Assembly: GCA_054600435.1 (NCBI GenBank)
Contig: BAAIJX010000016.1
Location: 1 to 64,000, forward strand
Direction of reading: 5' to 3'
Source of the DNA: Neophaeotheca triangularis
Taxonomy: Eukaryota
Length of the DNA stretch: 64,000 nt
The notes beneath the pieces are model-generated. The model saw nothing but the letters and a program-made list of their open reading frames with translations. It searched no databases and was not told the DNA's origin. Below, in pieces: positions 47,209 through 59,832 of this stretch (within the stretch, counting starts at the first letter, position 1; each line of letters begins with the position of its first letter). Position numbers and translations under genes: made by a program.

Positions 47209-49964
47209 CTACCTTTGCTGCTCATACGACCCCTCAAACCCAGGATACCCCCAGGCCTCCCCACTAGCATTAGGATCCCCCGGTTCCCCACTCAAGGGCA
47301 ACCACGCGTACTGATCCATGTCCAGATCCGCGGCACCGCCGGGGTTCTCGCTGAGAGTCGGGAAAGTGTCCCACATCATGTCGTCCCAGAAGGAGTTCAT
47401 GGCCGCTTCGCCGCCCGGGCTGCTGCCCCACAGGGACGGCGGAACGGCGCTTTGCTGCTCGTGGTTGGTGAAGATGGAAGAATCGAGGGGGTTGGATGCG
47501 TTGAGCTGGCTGAAGACATCTGCGTCCTGGACGTCGGGAGTCGGGATGTGAGAGTAGCCTGTGCTGGGGGTTGGAGGAGGCGGCATCGCGTGCCGTTTGT
47601 TTTGCCGCGGGATTTGCTGGTTGGGGTTCTGGGTGAGGTACTTGCTCGCTTCGTAGAGCCGCTCGACGACGTCTTTGCTCTTCTTCGCCGCGACAGAGTA
47701 GTGTACCATTCTGTCGAAGAAGGCCATGGCGGTCTCGATTTGCAAGCGCCATCTATCCGCGTCTTCGTCCCCAGCCATAGCGGCGCTAGCCTCACTGCCG
47801 CTGCCGTGCTCGCTTGGGCTAGGGTTCTGTATACTCCCGCTTGAGCAGAGATGAGAGAACAGCGAGACTAGCGGGACCATGACGGCCTGGTACATTAGCC
47901 AGACGGCGTTCCAACCAGCTATCAGCTCGTCTGGACAAATGAGGTTGATGTCGGTGATGGTTTGCCCGGCCAGGATTCTGCAGCGACCGACTGCTACTTT
48001 CTCTTCGGCGGTTAGAGAGGCGTAGGGTGCTCTTCGTAGCGAAGCTGCGAGTAAGTACGGCCTGTGCATCAACATGCGCAGATTCTGGTACCTCCAATGC
48101 ATGATGGCTCGCGGTGTCTTTAGGAAGTCGGGGCAGGTGGTGGTATCTCGATCGAGAGGCTGCGAGAAGTCAAACGTGCTCCTCGTGTTAGTTGATCTTG
48201 ACAACGAGGCCCCACGTTTTTGCCGGTCCTGCTGAGACTCAAGAGTGCTATGCTGCCGGCTGTGCTCAGTCACTGGGATCAAAATTATGGGAAGGTCTTC
48301 ATGCCACTGCACAAGCTCATCGTCCAACGACATCAAAGTTTCGAATTTGAGCAAAGTAGTTCCTGCCAGGGCATCTTGTATGCGAGTTGCAAGCTTGCAA
48401 AACGAAATATTGTGAATCAACGGCAGATTCTTGAGCTGCTGCTGATACTGAGCATTATTCACCTAGACACGCCACATCAGCACTCAATAAAACGTTTGAC
48501 AAATACCTTGAAGACGGTGCTTACATGCTCCATCATCTTCGGAATCTGCACTGAAATTCCAGGGCCCATCCTGCCGAGAGACGGTCGACCAGTCGTGGTA
48601 CTTCCCCAGGCATCCAGACAGAACAAGCTCCACCAAGTCCGTCGTCTAATCCCAGCAGGTACCTCTCTTCCCTTCATGCTGCCTGACGATCCGTGAGCCT
48701 GACCTTCATTGTACTCCCTATGCAAACCCAAAGCCGTCGCCATTCGCAGGGTAGCTCCCATCAAGCAGTTTGCTTCATTTGGTCTCGCAAGCCAATGCAA
48801 GTAGTAACCACTCAATAGCCCAAGAGCCTGGAGAACAAGCAGGTTTCCACTGCCAAAAGTCTCTAGATCAAGGTACTTGCGAGCGCGTTGGTAGTAGGCG
48901 ATGTGGTCTTCCTTTTCTGAAGTAGATCCAGCAAGAGAGCCAAGCGCTAGTATCATGTTCAAGAGAGCCAGCCATGGCGAGTCTTGTCTCTGACTGTAAA
49001 GCCATGTATGCCAGAATTGCTGCTCGTCGACCATGGGCATTAGGGGATGTATGTAGTGGAAATACGACTCAATGAGAGCATGCCCAACGTCCGCGGGTGG
49101 TAGGTAAGTCGGATCTGGGTTCCATACCACCGGCTGAGGTGAGCTTGCTCTACTAGGTAATGCCGTCTCGGTGTAGTTGTGCGCGATAAAAGGTCTAGCA
49201 ACCGGAGCCGTTTTGAAAATGACTTTGAGGGCGGCGCTAATAGACGAGACACCGACATAAGACGACTGCTTGTCTACTGACAAGGACAAACTGTTGACAT
49301 CGTCCGAGATGCTTTGAATCCGAGTCTGGTGATGGTCTGCTTGATCTTGATCAGGCGCCTGTTCGAGTGCGTCAAGACTGTCGGCGCCTTCAGACGTCGT
49401 CACATTCTGGCTAAAATCCCGGACGCTGCTTACTGCTGGCTCCGAGCCAGTCGAGGGAGAAACGGCGGGAGCTGGCAAGGTGAGGATAAGATTGATGAGC
49501 TCTTCTCTGGGCAACGAGGCAAGCTCGTCAGGATCCTTGCCGGGAAGGAGGCGTGAGAGAATAGACTGATATTGATCAACCTGTGTTTGAAGCCTATCCA
49601 CAAGTCTGGCAAGGGAGTCAGCAACCAAGACTTGAGCAAATCAGCTGTCCATACTGCTTCACCCACTTTCTTGACGGCACAATCCTCTGCGTAGGTTTAG
49701 CATAGGCACACGCCTGAGGATGCTGGTACCATTGACACTGCAATTGTCCACATCAGTCTAGCCCACAAGCAGTTGGTATCATCCGTTCGACTGGCATACT
49801 TGTCCGCAAGGATGAGCACCGTCGCATCGGATCTTGCGACGTCTGCACTCTATACAGGCATTGCTCGTGGTGATTCGCTTCGAGTTGGAAGATCTGCCGG
49901 GCTTGCTGCCGTCTCCTTCGGCATGGGTGACAGGGGTTGCAACGGCTTGGAACGTGTGATACAT
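47209..49964 (-). CDS. clrB: Zn(II)2Cys6 transcription factor, ClrB/CLR-2 (cellulase regulator)-like, 4 exons
   Basis: MYHTFQ...RITTSNACIECRRRKIRCDGAHPCG|QCQWYQHPQAC..RIVPSRK, ISDDVNSLSL..SYVGVSSI, the Fungal_trans motif RRRTWWSLFCLDAW, WRYQNLRMLMHRP and GWNAVWLMYQA. The Zn2Cys6 call is secure; clrB orthology is from recalled similarity. Confidence 0.7.
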
Positions 49965-50689
49965 GTCGTAAGAGCCCGTGTTCCAAAAGGGCCACAGCAA
50001 TGATCAGATGTTGCGCCCGTAAGCTGCAGTGAAGGAGCGAGGAGGGCAAGGATCCGAGTGGCAATTCATGCTGTACGTACTTGGGAATAAGTGCATGTTG
50101 CGCCAAGCCGAGGTGGTCTGGACAGAGTTGCTGAACAAAGACGAGCGTGGAGAAGCAGCTCTAGCGTATACATGAAGGGGCGCTGCAAGTCGTTGACAGC
50201 CTACCCCTTTATCGTCAGGTGCTCTGGTTAACTCACCTTTCGCTACAACGCAAAGTGTAGTCTGAAAGGCACAGTAGGAGGTATTGGGTACGTCGGGGAT
50301 TCTTCATTCACACGTGCTGCCGTTTCCCCGCTTTCCGCCGAGCGTGATGAGAAGAGGCGTATGGAGCTCTTCTCTTTAATCGGAAGCGAACCACTAAAGA
50401 GCAATGCACTGGTCAATAGTCCCTGCACACGAGGCAGACATTATAAGACAGACAATACCAAGAATGCATTTCTTCTGATGCCTTTGCTGGGCGGGACCAA
50501 CGCCCGGCGATATCGTACACTGCATCATGCTTTATTAACACATTAGCTGGTACTACCATACTACTGACTGGGACTAATCCTGGAACCATTGATACAGACT
50601 TCCCAAAGCACCAATCAACTCCTTCGCTCGCTCACAGTGCTTGCTCCAACCAAAACGCCTTCCAGCCCACGGGACACACCTACACTCTC

Positions 50690-52055
50690 TCACACCATGT
50701 TCTCACCCCTGGGATAACCAGGCACCGGCTTACGCGAAACGCTGCTCCTCGCAGGATGAGGCTCGCCATAGCCGTCCGCCGACCTCCTGCCCAGAGTAGC
50801 TTCCCCGCTGCTTGCACGACGGTTCCGTCGTGAGCCAGCCCCGACGAAACTTGCACCCGCTACACCACCACCACCAGCAGCTCCAACGCCACCGAGAAGA
50901 CCGCCAGCCGCATCAAAGGGAGCTCCGCCGAAAGACCCCAAATCCCCTGCGCCCCAGGAAGCTTTGCGCGTGAAGACTGAGTCGTGGAAAGAGTCAAAAG
51001 GCCCGCCGGGCGTGAAAGTGAAAGGCAGATCGCGCACGAGCGGGATGTGGTTGAAGCGGAAGTCCCAGACGCTGGCGTAGACCATTCTGTAAGACGAGAA
51101 GGCAAAGATGGTGCCTATAGTTGCTCCAGCGACAAGGTCGTACCAGTTGTGATATTCGTCGATTGTGAGAGCGCCGGCAATCAAGACGGCTCCCAGGATG
51201 GGCATGTAGGTGACGACTAACTTCCACATGGCCGGATGGTAGTTTGAGAAGACTTTGAGTTTGGCGTTGAGGTAGAGGTAAAGGAAGACGAAGCCAGCGA
51301 AGGCGGCTGTCGTGTGTCCGCTTGGCATGGATTCTAGGCTGTCGTTGATCTCGGCTGCGTCGCCGGTGCAGACGCTCTTGTCGTACATTATGGAGCCGAA
51401 TCCGTTGCCATCGGGGCTTGAACCTTCCTGCGGGCGCGGAGCGTTGGGCTTGCAAACCGCGAGGAAGTGTGGCCGTAATCCGCCGATGAGCCATTTAATG
51501 AACACTTGAAAGACTGCCGCGCAAATGAGACTGTAGAGCAGACCGATAGTGGCGTTGTTGACGTCCCAGAACGAGCGAATTCGTATTTGCATCATCAGAA
51601 AGACGGCGATGGGGACAAGAGCCGCGAGCATAGCGGCAGCCCAGATTGGAATGATCTCGTTGCGCATAGGGTACGCGAAGTCCGGATAGACGATCTGGCC
51701 GTTGTTAAAGTAGATAGGGAACGACCGCGAAGGTGCCGGAGGAGCTTGGTATACCTTTAGTAGTGTCAGCGTCTTGTTTCATTTGCGATATAATGGCAAA
51801 GCGGCTTACACCGAGTCCAACCGCGCCCAGTATAGCCATGGTGAGAATATCCAGCCATGTTCCTTTGATCCACGCTCCGAAACTGGGTCTGCTGTTGAGT
51901 ATGCCGTTGCCAGCGTACGCGGCGGTTCCAGCGTGAGCTTTGCTTCTGCCTTTTCTGCTCGAGGTTCGCTGTGGCCGCTCATGTTTTCCGTCCCCGCCAA
52001 CCGCTGCTGCTGTGTTGGTGTCAGGGGCGCTCGTTCGCCTGCTGAAAAAGCCCAT
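50690..52055 (-). CDS. PAP2-family lipid/diacylglycerol pyrophosphate phosphatase (DPP1/LPP1-like), 2 exons
   Basis: C1 KWLIGGLRPHF, C2 SMPSGH, C3-like LTIDEYHNWYD, and TM helices. Confidence 0.85.
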
Positions 52056-53311
52056 GTTGAGGGTCAGCAATGGATGGATAGTAAAACTGTGGGATGATAA
52101 GGAACTGGATATGTAGCCAAGCGAGGATTCCTGTCCGGGCTTGAAAGAGTAGAGTGCAGATTGGCTAGATGTCTAATATTGAAAAGAAAAGTGGAAGCAA
52201 AGAGCTGTGCAGCTAAGGTACCTAGATTCGTTCATGTCAAGGCCTACTTGGAACGTCATTGCCTCATCACCAATCGAGTAGACCAGGGCAGGTAGCGAGA
52301 TGCACATCACTCCCTGCAATTGATTGGGATAATTTAATGATATCTAGTAAACCTGTTGGCGACGAGCGCTGATCAGTCATGACAGCCCTACTACTGATTA
52401 AGTCGTACTAGGAGGTACTGTCGCTGAAACTTGGCAGTGAGTGGAGAGTTGGCTACGTAGCTTGACTTGAGGTCTTGTTCATGGAAGCGGACCGCTTTTC
52501 TCGAGTGCTCCGGCTCGTAGAGTTGGTAATCTGTATTTCGATTGATACTCGAGACTGCAATGATAGATCTCCAACGTTGGCAGTCTTCGAATGAACATTG
52601 CCAACTACCTACCTAGTAGGGTAGACTCAAAGGTTGACTAGACTCCTCTCATCAGCCCTGTAGGGCGTTTCGTAGTCCCCAGCAAAAAGCTTGTCCTAGT
52701 GCAGAGCTTATCCGGATTCCTTGTTTCTGCTCTCGACTACCACACCCGACACCCGACACCCGTCTTGTCCAAAGCACATCTCGATGGCCACAACCTCGCA
52801 TTCGTTGATGAAGTAACGAACCCTAAAGAAAGAGAGAAAGAGACACACACACACACATCCTCTCACCACACCCGCACAGAGCCAGCCAGAGACCGCGAGT
52901 AAACCCGAGTATAAATTGAAGGGAAAGATCTAGCCTAGCATTCACACTTCTTAAGCTCTTCATGCGCAAGACATCCTTGCAAAACGTACACCGTACACCA
53001 CGCGCAAGACAAGGGAGTGTTCATGCATGCAAGCCAACGATCCCAAACACCAGCAGCAGCTTCGCGGAACAAAACCAACGGCCCCAATAGAAGACACCTC
53101 AACACCGTTCGCTGGACCAGGTGTGCAAGAAGTAAAGAACAGAAGTCCACTCCAAGCCAGAAAAAATCCTTTCAGTAAGACAAAACAAAGGTGCATTCCA
53201 GTCGTGTCCCCAGCTTTTTTCTACCACGCGCACACACGCCAAAAGCGCCCAGAGCCCAAAGTTACATTTACAGAGAATCGAAAAAAAGGGTGGTAGTGGC
53301 GCGGTATCGCG

Positions 53312-56300
53312 CTACCCTCGTCGCAAGTCCTCGCTGATGTCTTGCCGCCTTGCCCGTGCAGTGCTGGGTTCTCGACTGCGTGAGTGCTCTGATTGCGACA
53401 TGTTGCTCTCGACACGCGCTAGGTAGGCGGCGCTGGTGAAGTCGCGGCTGGCTTCGAAGCTCGGCCGGGTGCGGTCCATGCTTGAGCGTAAGCGGTCGAA
53501 GCTCGGTCGAGGCCTGTCGTAGCTCATTCTCCTGTCATCATTCCCGTTGACTTCCATGGTCGGCGTTTGCGGCGTGTGTGGTGCGGTCGTGTAGCTCTGG
53601 GTGACGCTATGCGGTCTTGTTACGGGTGGGAAGGCGCGGTCGAGGCTGCTGCGGTGCCCAGTGTAGTCTGTGCCATCGCTGCCGTTTTGGCTACGCGGGT
53701 TGTGCGTCGTGGCCGTAGGTGCTACTGATGGAGGGTAGATGGGTCGCTCGTCTTCGTTCACGGGCTTGTTGTTGTTGCTACCCTTGCGCATGTCGCCGGA
53801 GGGTTTCGAAACGCTGCTCGAACTTGCCGACGATTCTGCAGCCGGACCCTTCTCTGGCGCAGTCGTCACTTTCGTGGGGTCGATCTCTTTGAGATAATCA
53901 AACTTGCCCTGCCTGACCTGCTCGCGGACGATATCGACATCGTATGGCAAGTAAATCTTCTGGTAGGATTTGATGGCGAAGCGGGGAAGCAAGCAGAGGA
54001 TGATAACCATTAGGCAGCTAACCCAGAAGGAAAGCTGACCATAGACTTGTGTTGCGGCTTCGTAGAACGTGAAACCATCGGTGAATGAAGTGTAAACACC
54101 AGTCCAGAACCACACGAGCAAAACGGTGATGGCCGTGATAAGACACATGAACCAGTCCCACCGGTAGGTATTCATGAGGATGTAGACGTTGACAACGAAT
54201 ACGGTCGGCGTGGCGATGTAGACACCGATCCTCTGGTAATCGCTCACGCTGCGTCCGGACTCTGTGTTGAAGGTCGCCGGCTCGAACAGCAAGAATGGCA
54301 GGAAGAAGCAGATGAGGGACTGGTAAAGGCCATCGAACATGTAGAGCCAGAACTTTGTTTCGGTCCACTCCTTCCGTTCAATACCCCGACGGTAGAGCTG
54401 CGGCACGGCGAGGGAAACTTTGTCGTCCACATCTTGGTCCAGAATGCCCATGAAGATAACAGGGAGCGAACTGAAAGCCAAGTTGTACAACAAAATGTAT
54501 GTGTAATCGAAGATGTAGGCGCAGTCCATGTTGGTGTAAATCTGGTACCAGAAGAGACAAAACGTCCAGACGATTGTCTAGAAGGGGGTTAGCAAAGTGC
54601 GAGCATCGCCGGGACAAAAGAAAACCTACCTTGTAGAAGAAGTTGGCAATAGTCTCACCAAGTCTTCTATAATCCCATCGGCCATGGACCAGCATGAGCC
54701 TCGTGAGGAATCGGAATTGTCCAATAGCGTAATCAGAGCTCATGACAGCTGCACGTCCTTCTTCACCTGCAATACCAACTCCCACGTGAGCTTCTTGAAT
54801 CATAGCAACGTCGTTGGCGCCGTCACCAATCGACAACGTCATGACGTCGAGACCGGATTTGACCATCTGTACGACGGCGGCCTTCTGCGACGGGCTGACA
54901 CGACAGCACAGTACGGACCTGCACTCCTTGCAGAGAAGCAAGAAACGCTGCCGCAGAGTGTCGTCGAGCACAAGCTTGAGGGTGTCGCCGTCAATGACCA
55001 GCGCATGTGTAGGCGCAGGGGGTTCGTGGTTCTTCTTGGCGGCTTTCAGCTCTTCATCGCTACCAGTCTTGCCAAAGACGGCAAGCTGCTTATCCAGCTC
55101 CTGGCCCGCTGCGTTCATGTCGTCGTTCTCAACCTTCAACACAATCAGGTCCATGTCGTTGTCCAAGAGGTTACAAGAGAATCCAATGTTGATGGCCGTC
55201 TCGACTTTGTCGCCGGTCAGAACCCACAGCTTGATACCCGCTTGCGCGAGCAGAGCGATGGCGTCCGGAACACCGTCCTGCAGCCTGTCTTCAATCGCTG
55301 TGCCGCCGATGAGCATGAGATCGCGCTCGATAGCATCAGAAACGACCTCAAGCTTGTCTTCTCTGTCCTGAACGGCTGCGGCTGCTAGGTCGTGCTCGAC
55401 ATTCCACTTTTGGTATTCTTCCTCGGTAAGCTCTTTTTGAGCAATGCAAAGCGTACGTAGACCCTCTCTGGCGAACATTTCCAGATGCTCGGCCGTGCTC
55501 TTGCGGAGCTCGGCCTGCTCGCCTCGTTTCAGACGCGAGTAGATGATGCTGTCTGCACCCTTGCAATACAGGATAATCTTTCCGTCAGGCATCCGCATGA
55601 TGGCACTCATTCTCTTCCTACTGGAGTTGAACTCGAGAGTGTTGAGCACCGTGTATTCCCGCTCTTCACCGAGGGAGTTGATGATGATGCCATCGTTGCT
55701 ACGGCCCATCACGGTGAAGCCCACATCCCTAGCGGTGCTGACAAGCGCGGCCTCGTCGGGACTCTGTGCCTTGAATTCGATGGTTGGCGGGTCACCCGGT
55801 GTTCGCTCGGTTATAACGGTGTGGCACAGCGCAAGCGCAAGCATGAAATGCTCGTTGGCCGCTTTTTGCTCCGGGCCTGACTGGCCACCCAGGTCGTTGA
55901 CAAAATCGGGTGCGACAAAGGTGAGATCATCGTCTTGAAAGTAGACGTTGTTGTGCATGGCCCGCATGTCCTCGATCATTTTGACGCGATCGTTCGCAAT
56001 CTGCTCCCGGGCTCTCGCGCCTTCAGCCTCCGTGTCGATGCCTTGCCTCTTCTGCATACCAGCTTGAGCTTCTGTGTAAGCTTCGCCATAGGGGACACCG
56101 TTGATGGTGCACTTCTTGAACTCCATGACGTTCTGCGTTAGCGTGCCTGTCTTGTCGGAGAAGACATACTCGATTTGACCAAGGTCATCGCTAATGTTCC
56201 AAGACTTTGGCGTGCACGGATAGTCCAGTCTGTCGTAGTACATGAAGGTGTCCGAATAAATGAAGAATGCTTGGCAAGTGCGAACAATTTCCAGGGAGAT

Positions 56301-58140
56301 GTACAGGGAGATGGGTACCAAGTTCTGAAACAGAACAATGGCTGCCCAAAAGGTGATGAACCCGTCGAGTCCTGGAGTCCCACCATAGCTTCCAAATTCG
56401 AAAAAGTCCAGTGATTGGTTTCCCTCGCCCCAGGTAGTCCCTTGGACCAAAGCGGCAGTCAGACACATAATGAAGAGAATGATGAAGTTGTAGATGACGT
56501 TCCAGTTCAGATCCTTTGAGATTTGCGGTCGTTTGGTAGGAGTAATGCCAGAATTGAGCATGATCTTCGTCTCTTCACCAGTGAAAACGACAAAGCCCAT
56601 AACCCACTCGGTATTCCGAATCGTGCAACCACGAAGCAGCAAATTGTTGATGCCAACCGGTTCAGCCATCTCTTTTGGATCGTCGTCGGGATGTTTGACG
56701 TCTTGTTGATTCCATCTCACGACGCCAGAGTATGCATAAAGATTTGCATGCGGCGGTTCCGACTCCAAAGAGAATTCAGCAGTCTCGCAATCTCGAGCTC
56801 GCTTGATCTTACGGCCAGAATGCAAGGCTTGGCGGACCTTGAGATTCGTTTCTCCATCCAAGTTCTTCGTCTCGACGTAACATGCACCATCTGGCTCGGA
56901 AGTAGCCAGCACAACAATATCGGCGGGAATCTCCTCCTGATTGTACAAGCGAACAAAATCGCCCACCTGGACATTCTTCCATGCATCCTTCTTGAAGCGC
57001 GGCTTCTCCGTGGGCTTTGCGAAGGGATTTATCAAACTGCCGTAGAACCTCTGTGGAACTGGAGCAGCTTCCTTCTTTGCTGCCTTAGTACCGGGTTTAG
57101 GGACCTCAAGCGCTTGTACAGCGTCTGCATCCTTCGCAGCAGCATTATTCAATTCAGTGCGTAACTTGTCCTCGCCAATCGGATATTCCTTGGCATCAGT
57201 GTACGTCTGGCCTGGTGTCGGAGAAGGTACTGGTGTCATCTCCATGTCGCCGTTTTCATCTTCAGCCGCTTCTTCCTCTTGCTGGTCCAGGTACTGACTG
57301 AACATGCTATTCCTCCTTCCATCGGTGCTCTCCTCTCCGTCCGTCTTCTCAGCCTTTTTCTGGGCCTGTATCTTCTTCTCTTTCCTCTCCTTGAAGAATT
57401 TCCAGATCCATAAAATAGCTCTGGTGTTTGCTTTCTTGAATTTGCGCCAGGGGTTGACCTTGTCCTCGGCCGTGTTGACGTTGTCCCAGTCAACGAGCCG
57501 ATGTACGGGTGCATTGTTCAGTTCAGTGTCGAGCACAGTCCTGCGCCAATCCTCTATACCGTCCTTTACTGCTGTTACGACTAGAATCACGATTAGTGGC
57601 ACCGAGGACAGTCCGGGGTTAGCGCCGCCAAAGATGGAGAAGATCTAGGTCATGTCAGTCTGCCTCCAGGCCTAAGTAGCGTGCAATACTCACCGTTAGG
57701 ATAATGATGAACAAGAAGTATATGTTGGCAATGTTGTGGAACTGCAGCCATAAATTCTTCGGAACGAAACTCAGCGGGGTATACTTTGCAGTCCTGATCT
57801 TGTTCCTGGGAAAATGTTGTATCGGATGGCCTTCTTCATCGCGAGCAGTCGCCGGTAGTGGTAGGTTGAAGTAGACATGACGCGAATCACTCGACTTATC
57901 CTCGCCCTTCTCCCCATCGTCCTCCTCGCCTCCAGCCTCCGGATCCGCTGACTGCCGTTTCTTCTCATCCGCCTTCCCCCGACTCAGATGGCGCGTAAAG
58001 ACAGATTGCCGTTTTTGCGAAGCCTTTCGCCCCTTGACGCGCTGCGTTGCCCATCTTATTCGCTTGGCAGGGTTCGTGACCTCGGCCGCAGTGGCGTCGG
58101 GATCGGGATCCTTGTATGTCGACACGTGGTTGGATGCCAT
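53312..58140 (-). CDS. DNF1: P4-ATPase phospholipid flippase, Dnf1/Dnf2 type (3 exons)
   Basis: NKIRTAKYTPLSF, ETKNLDGETNLK, PISLY, SDKTGTLT, EFNSSRKRMS, LTGDKVETAINIG, IGDGAND, HGRWDYRR. Confidence 0.93.
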
Positions 58141-59350
58141 GGTCCTACGCAGGGCCGACCGGGCAGAAGATGTTGCGGTCGAGCTGACACGCTATGGTTC
58201 ATGTGGCTTCGACGCCGCCGGCTCGCGGGAAGCAGCGCAGTGGCTACGATGAGACTATCGGACGCGCGGCATCGAGCGATTCTGGATAACAAGGAGAACG
58301 TTTGAAGTCTCGGGCGGAAGAAGCGAGTGTGTCGTTATGGGCGTGGGTTGAGTGGTGTTGAACAGGTGTCGTTGATCGTGATTGTCTTGCAACGAAAAGG
58401 CGTAAGACGGGGCGGCGATTGGGAAGAGTCCGGAGTGAAGCGGCACCAGGGTCCGAGCGAGCTAGCTAGGTAGACCGAACCATAAATAATGCAATGTATG
58501 TACATAAGTACTTGTATACATGCACGAGCAGTACCTCATCCTTTTCCAGCCTGACAACTGACAGCCACGTCTTGTAAGACTGCAGTCTCTTGATCATGTA
58601 CAACAAGTACCTAGACAGTCGAGCGAGGAGAGATACAACAAGCCCATCATTGGTATGTCTTCTCCAAAGAACGGATTGGATTTATTCATCACCGATAACG
58701 GTAAAGTACCCGCCCCCTCCCCAGTGCGTGACAAAGCACACCTCACAGGACTCGACTTTCGTGTCCCATCCATGATCCATCACGGCAAAGACGGCTGCTG
58801 CATCGTCCGTCCTCCGTGCCTCCGTCCACTCTCCGTATCATTAGTCAGGTATTATTCAGGTCGTATGGGACGATGCAGGTGATGATGAAGTGTGCTTACA
58901 ACATCACGCGCTAGATCGCCCGAGTTAGATTGCAGCACTACTGTACTCGGACTCCAATCTCCTGCGGCCTTACATTATTATTACCTCTCTCGCCTCTTCC
59001 CCCCTGCTTGTTGTGGCTTCAGGTTGCCCGCCAAAGCTGCAACGCGACACCCGCCTCGCTTCCTTCGAATTGAAACCAAGACATGATACTAATCTTGAAA
59101 CTTACCTCTCAATATGTACTCATTACTACTATTGCTAATAAACAGGTCCGGTGGAAGCCTACGGTCTACTATATTCCAAAGTTTCTAAACGGGGAGGAGC
59201 TAGTTAGTCTCACCGATGCCCGTATCAGCAACGAGCTTGGAGGAGGTACCTCACCTCACCTCGCCAACTGCTAGGCGCACCATTCGTAAGCTCGTATGCA
59301 AAGGAACCATCATCACTGCAGTAGAAGATAGTAGAGACGCTCTCGAGGAA

Positions 59351-59566
59351 TACATGTTAATAGCTTGGTGGTAGAAGGTTTCCAGGTTCATTCTGTCCTG
59401 TCATTCACTTTGATGATTCCCGTCATAACCGAATATTATTCTTATTATTCTTATTATTTACATGTTAATAGCTTGGTGGTAGAAGGTTTCCAGGTTCATT
59501 CTGTCCAGTCATTCACTTTGATGATTCCCCTCATAACCGAATCTTATTCTTATTATTCTTATTATT
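59351..59566. repeat. 108-bp imperfect tandem duplication ending in TTATTC/TTA simple repeats
   Basis: TACATGTTAATAGCTTGGTGGTAGAAGG... at 59351 and 59459; about 3 substitutions between copies. Confidence 0.92.
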
Positions 59567-59832
59567 ATCATCATTATCATTGCGAATGTGTACCTGCCTC
59601 GGGGGTTGCGGCATCCCCGCGACTGGCACGATCGGCCCGCGTCTACAGGCAGGTGCAGGTGGTTGGTGGTGGAAAGCGCGTCGCGTCTGGAGGCGCCCGT
59701 GACCGACTTATTAGACTTGACTTCATTGAGGCAGCCGACGACGCTATGTTCGTGTCAATGAAAGCGCCTGCTGAACTGCCTATGCCGGCGGCAGTGTGGT
59801 AGGTCGACGGCAATTGCGCAATCCTTCCAACT

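Noticed and set aside
36157..49964. Carbohydrate-utilisation cluster linking the ClrB-like factor and GH162
   Set aside because: They are separated by unrelated genes (FSF1, SLC6, HSP20) and I saw no evidence of shared regulation.
54597..57164. Long plus-strand ORFs opposite the flippase (also 12249..13037, 16579..17328, 62895..63530)
   Set aside because: These are antisense shadows of GC-rich genes with no recognisable motifs.
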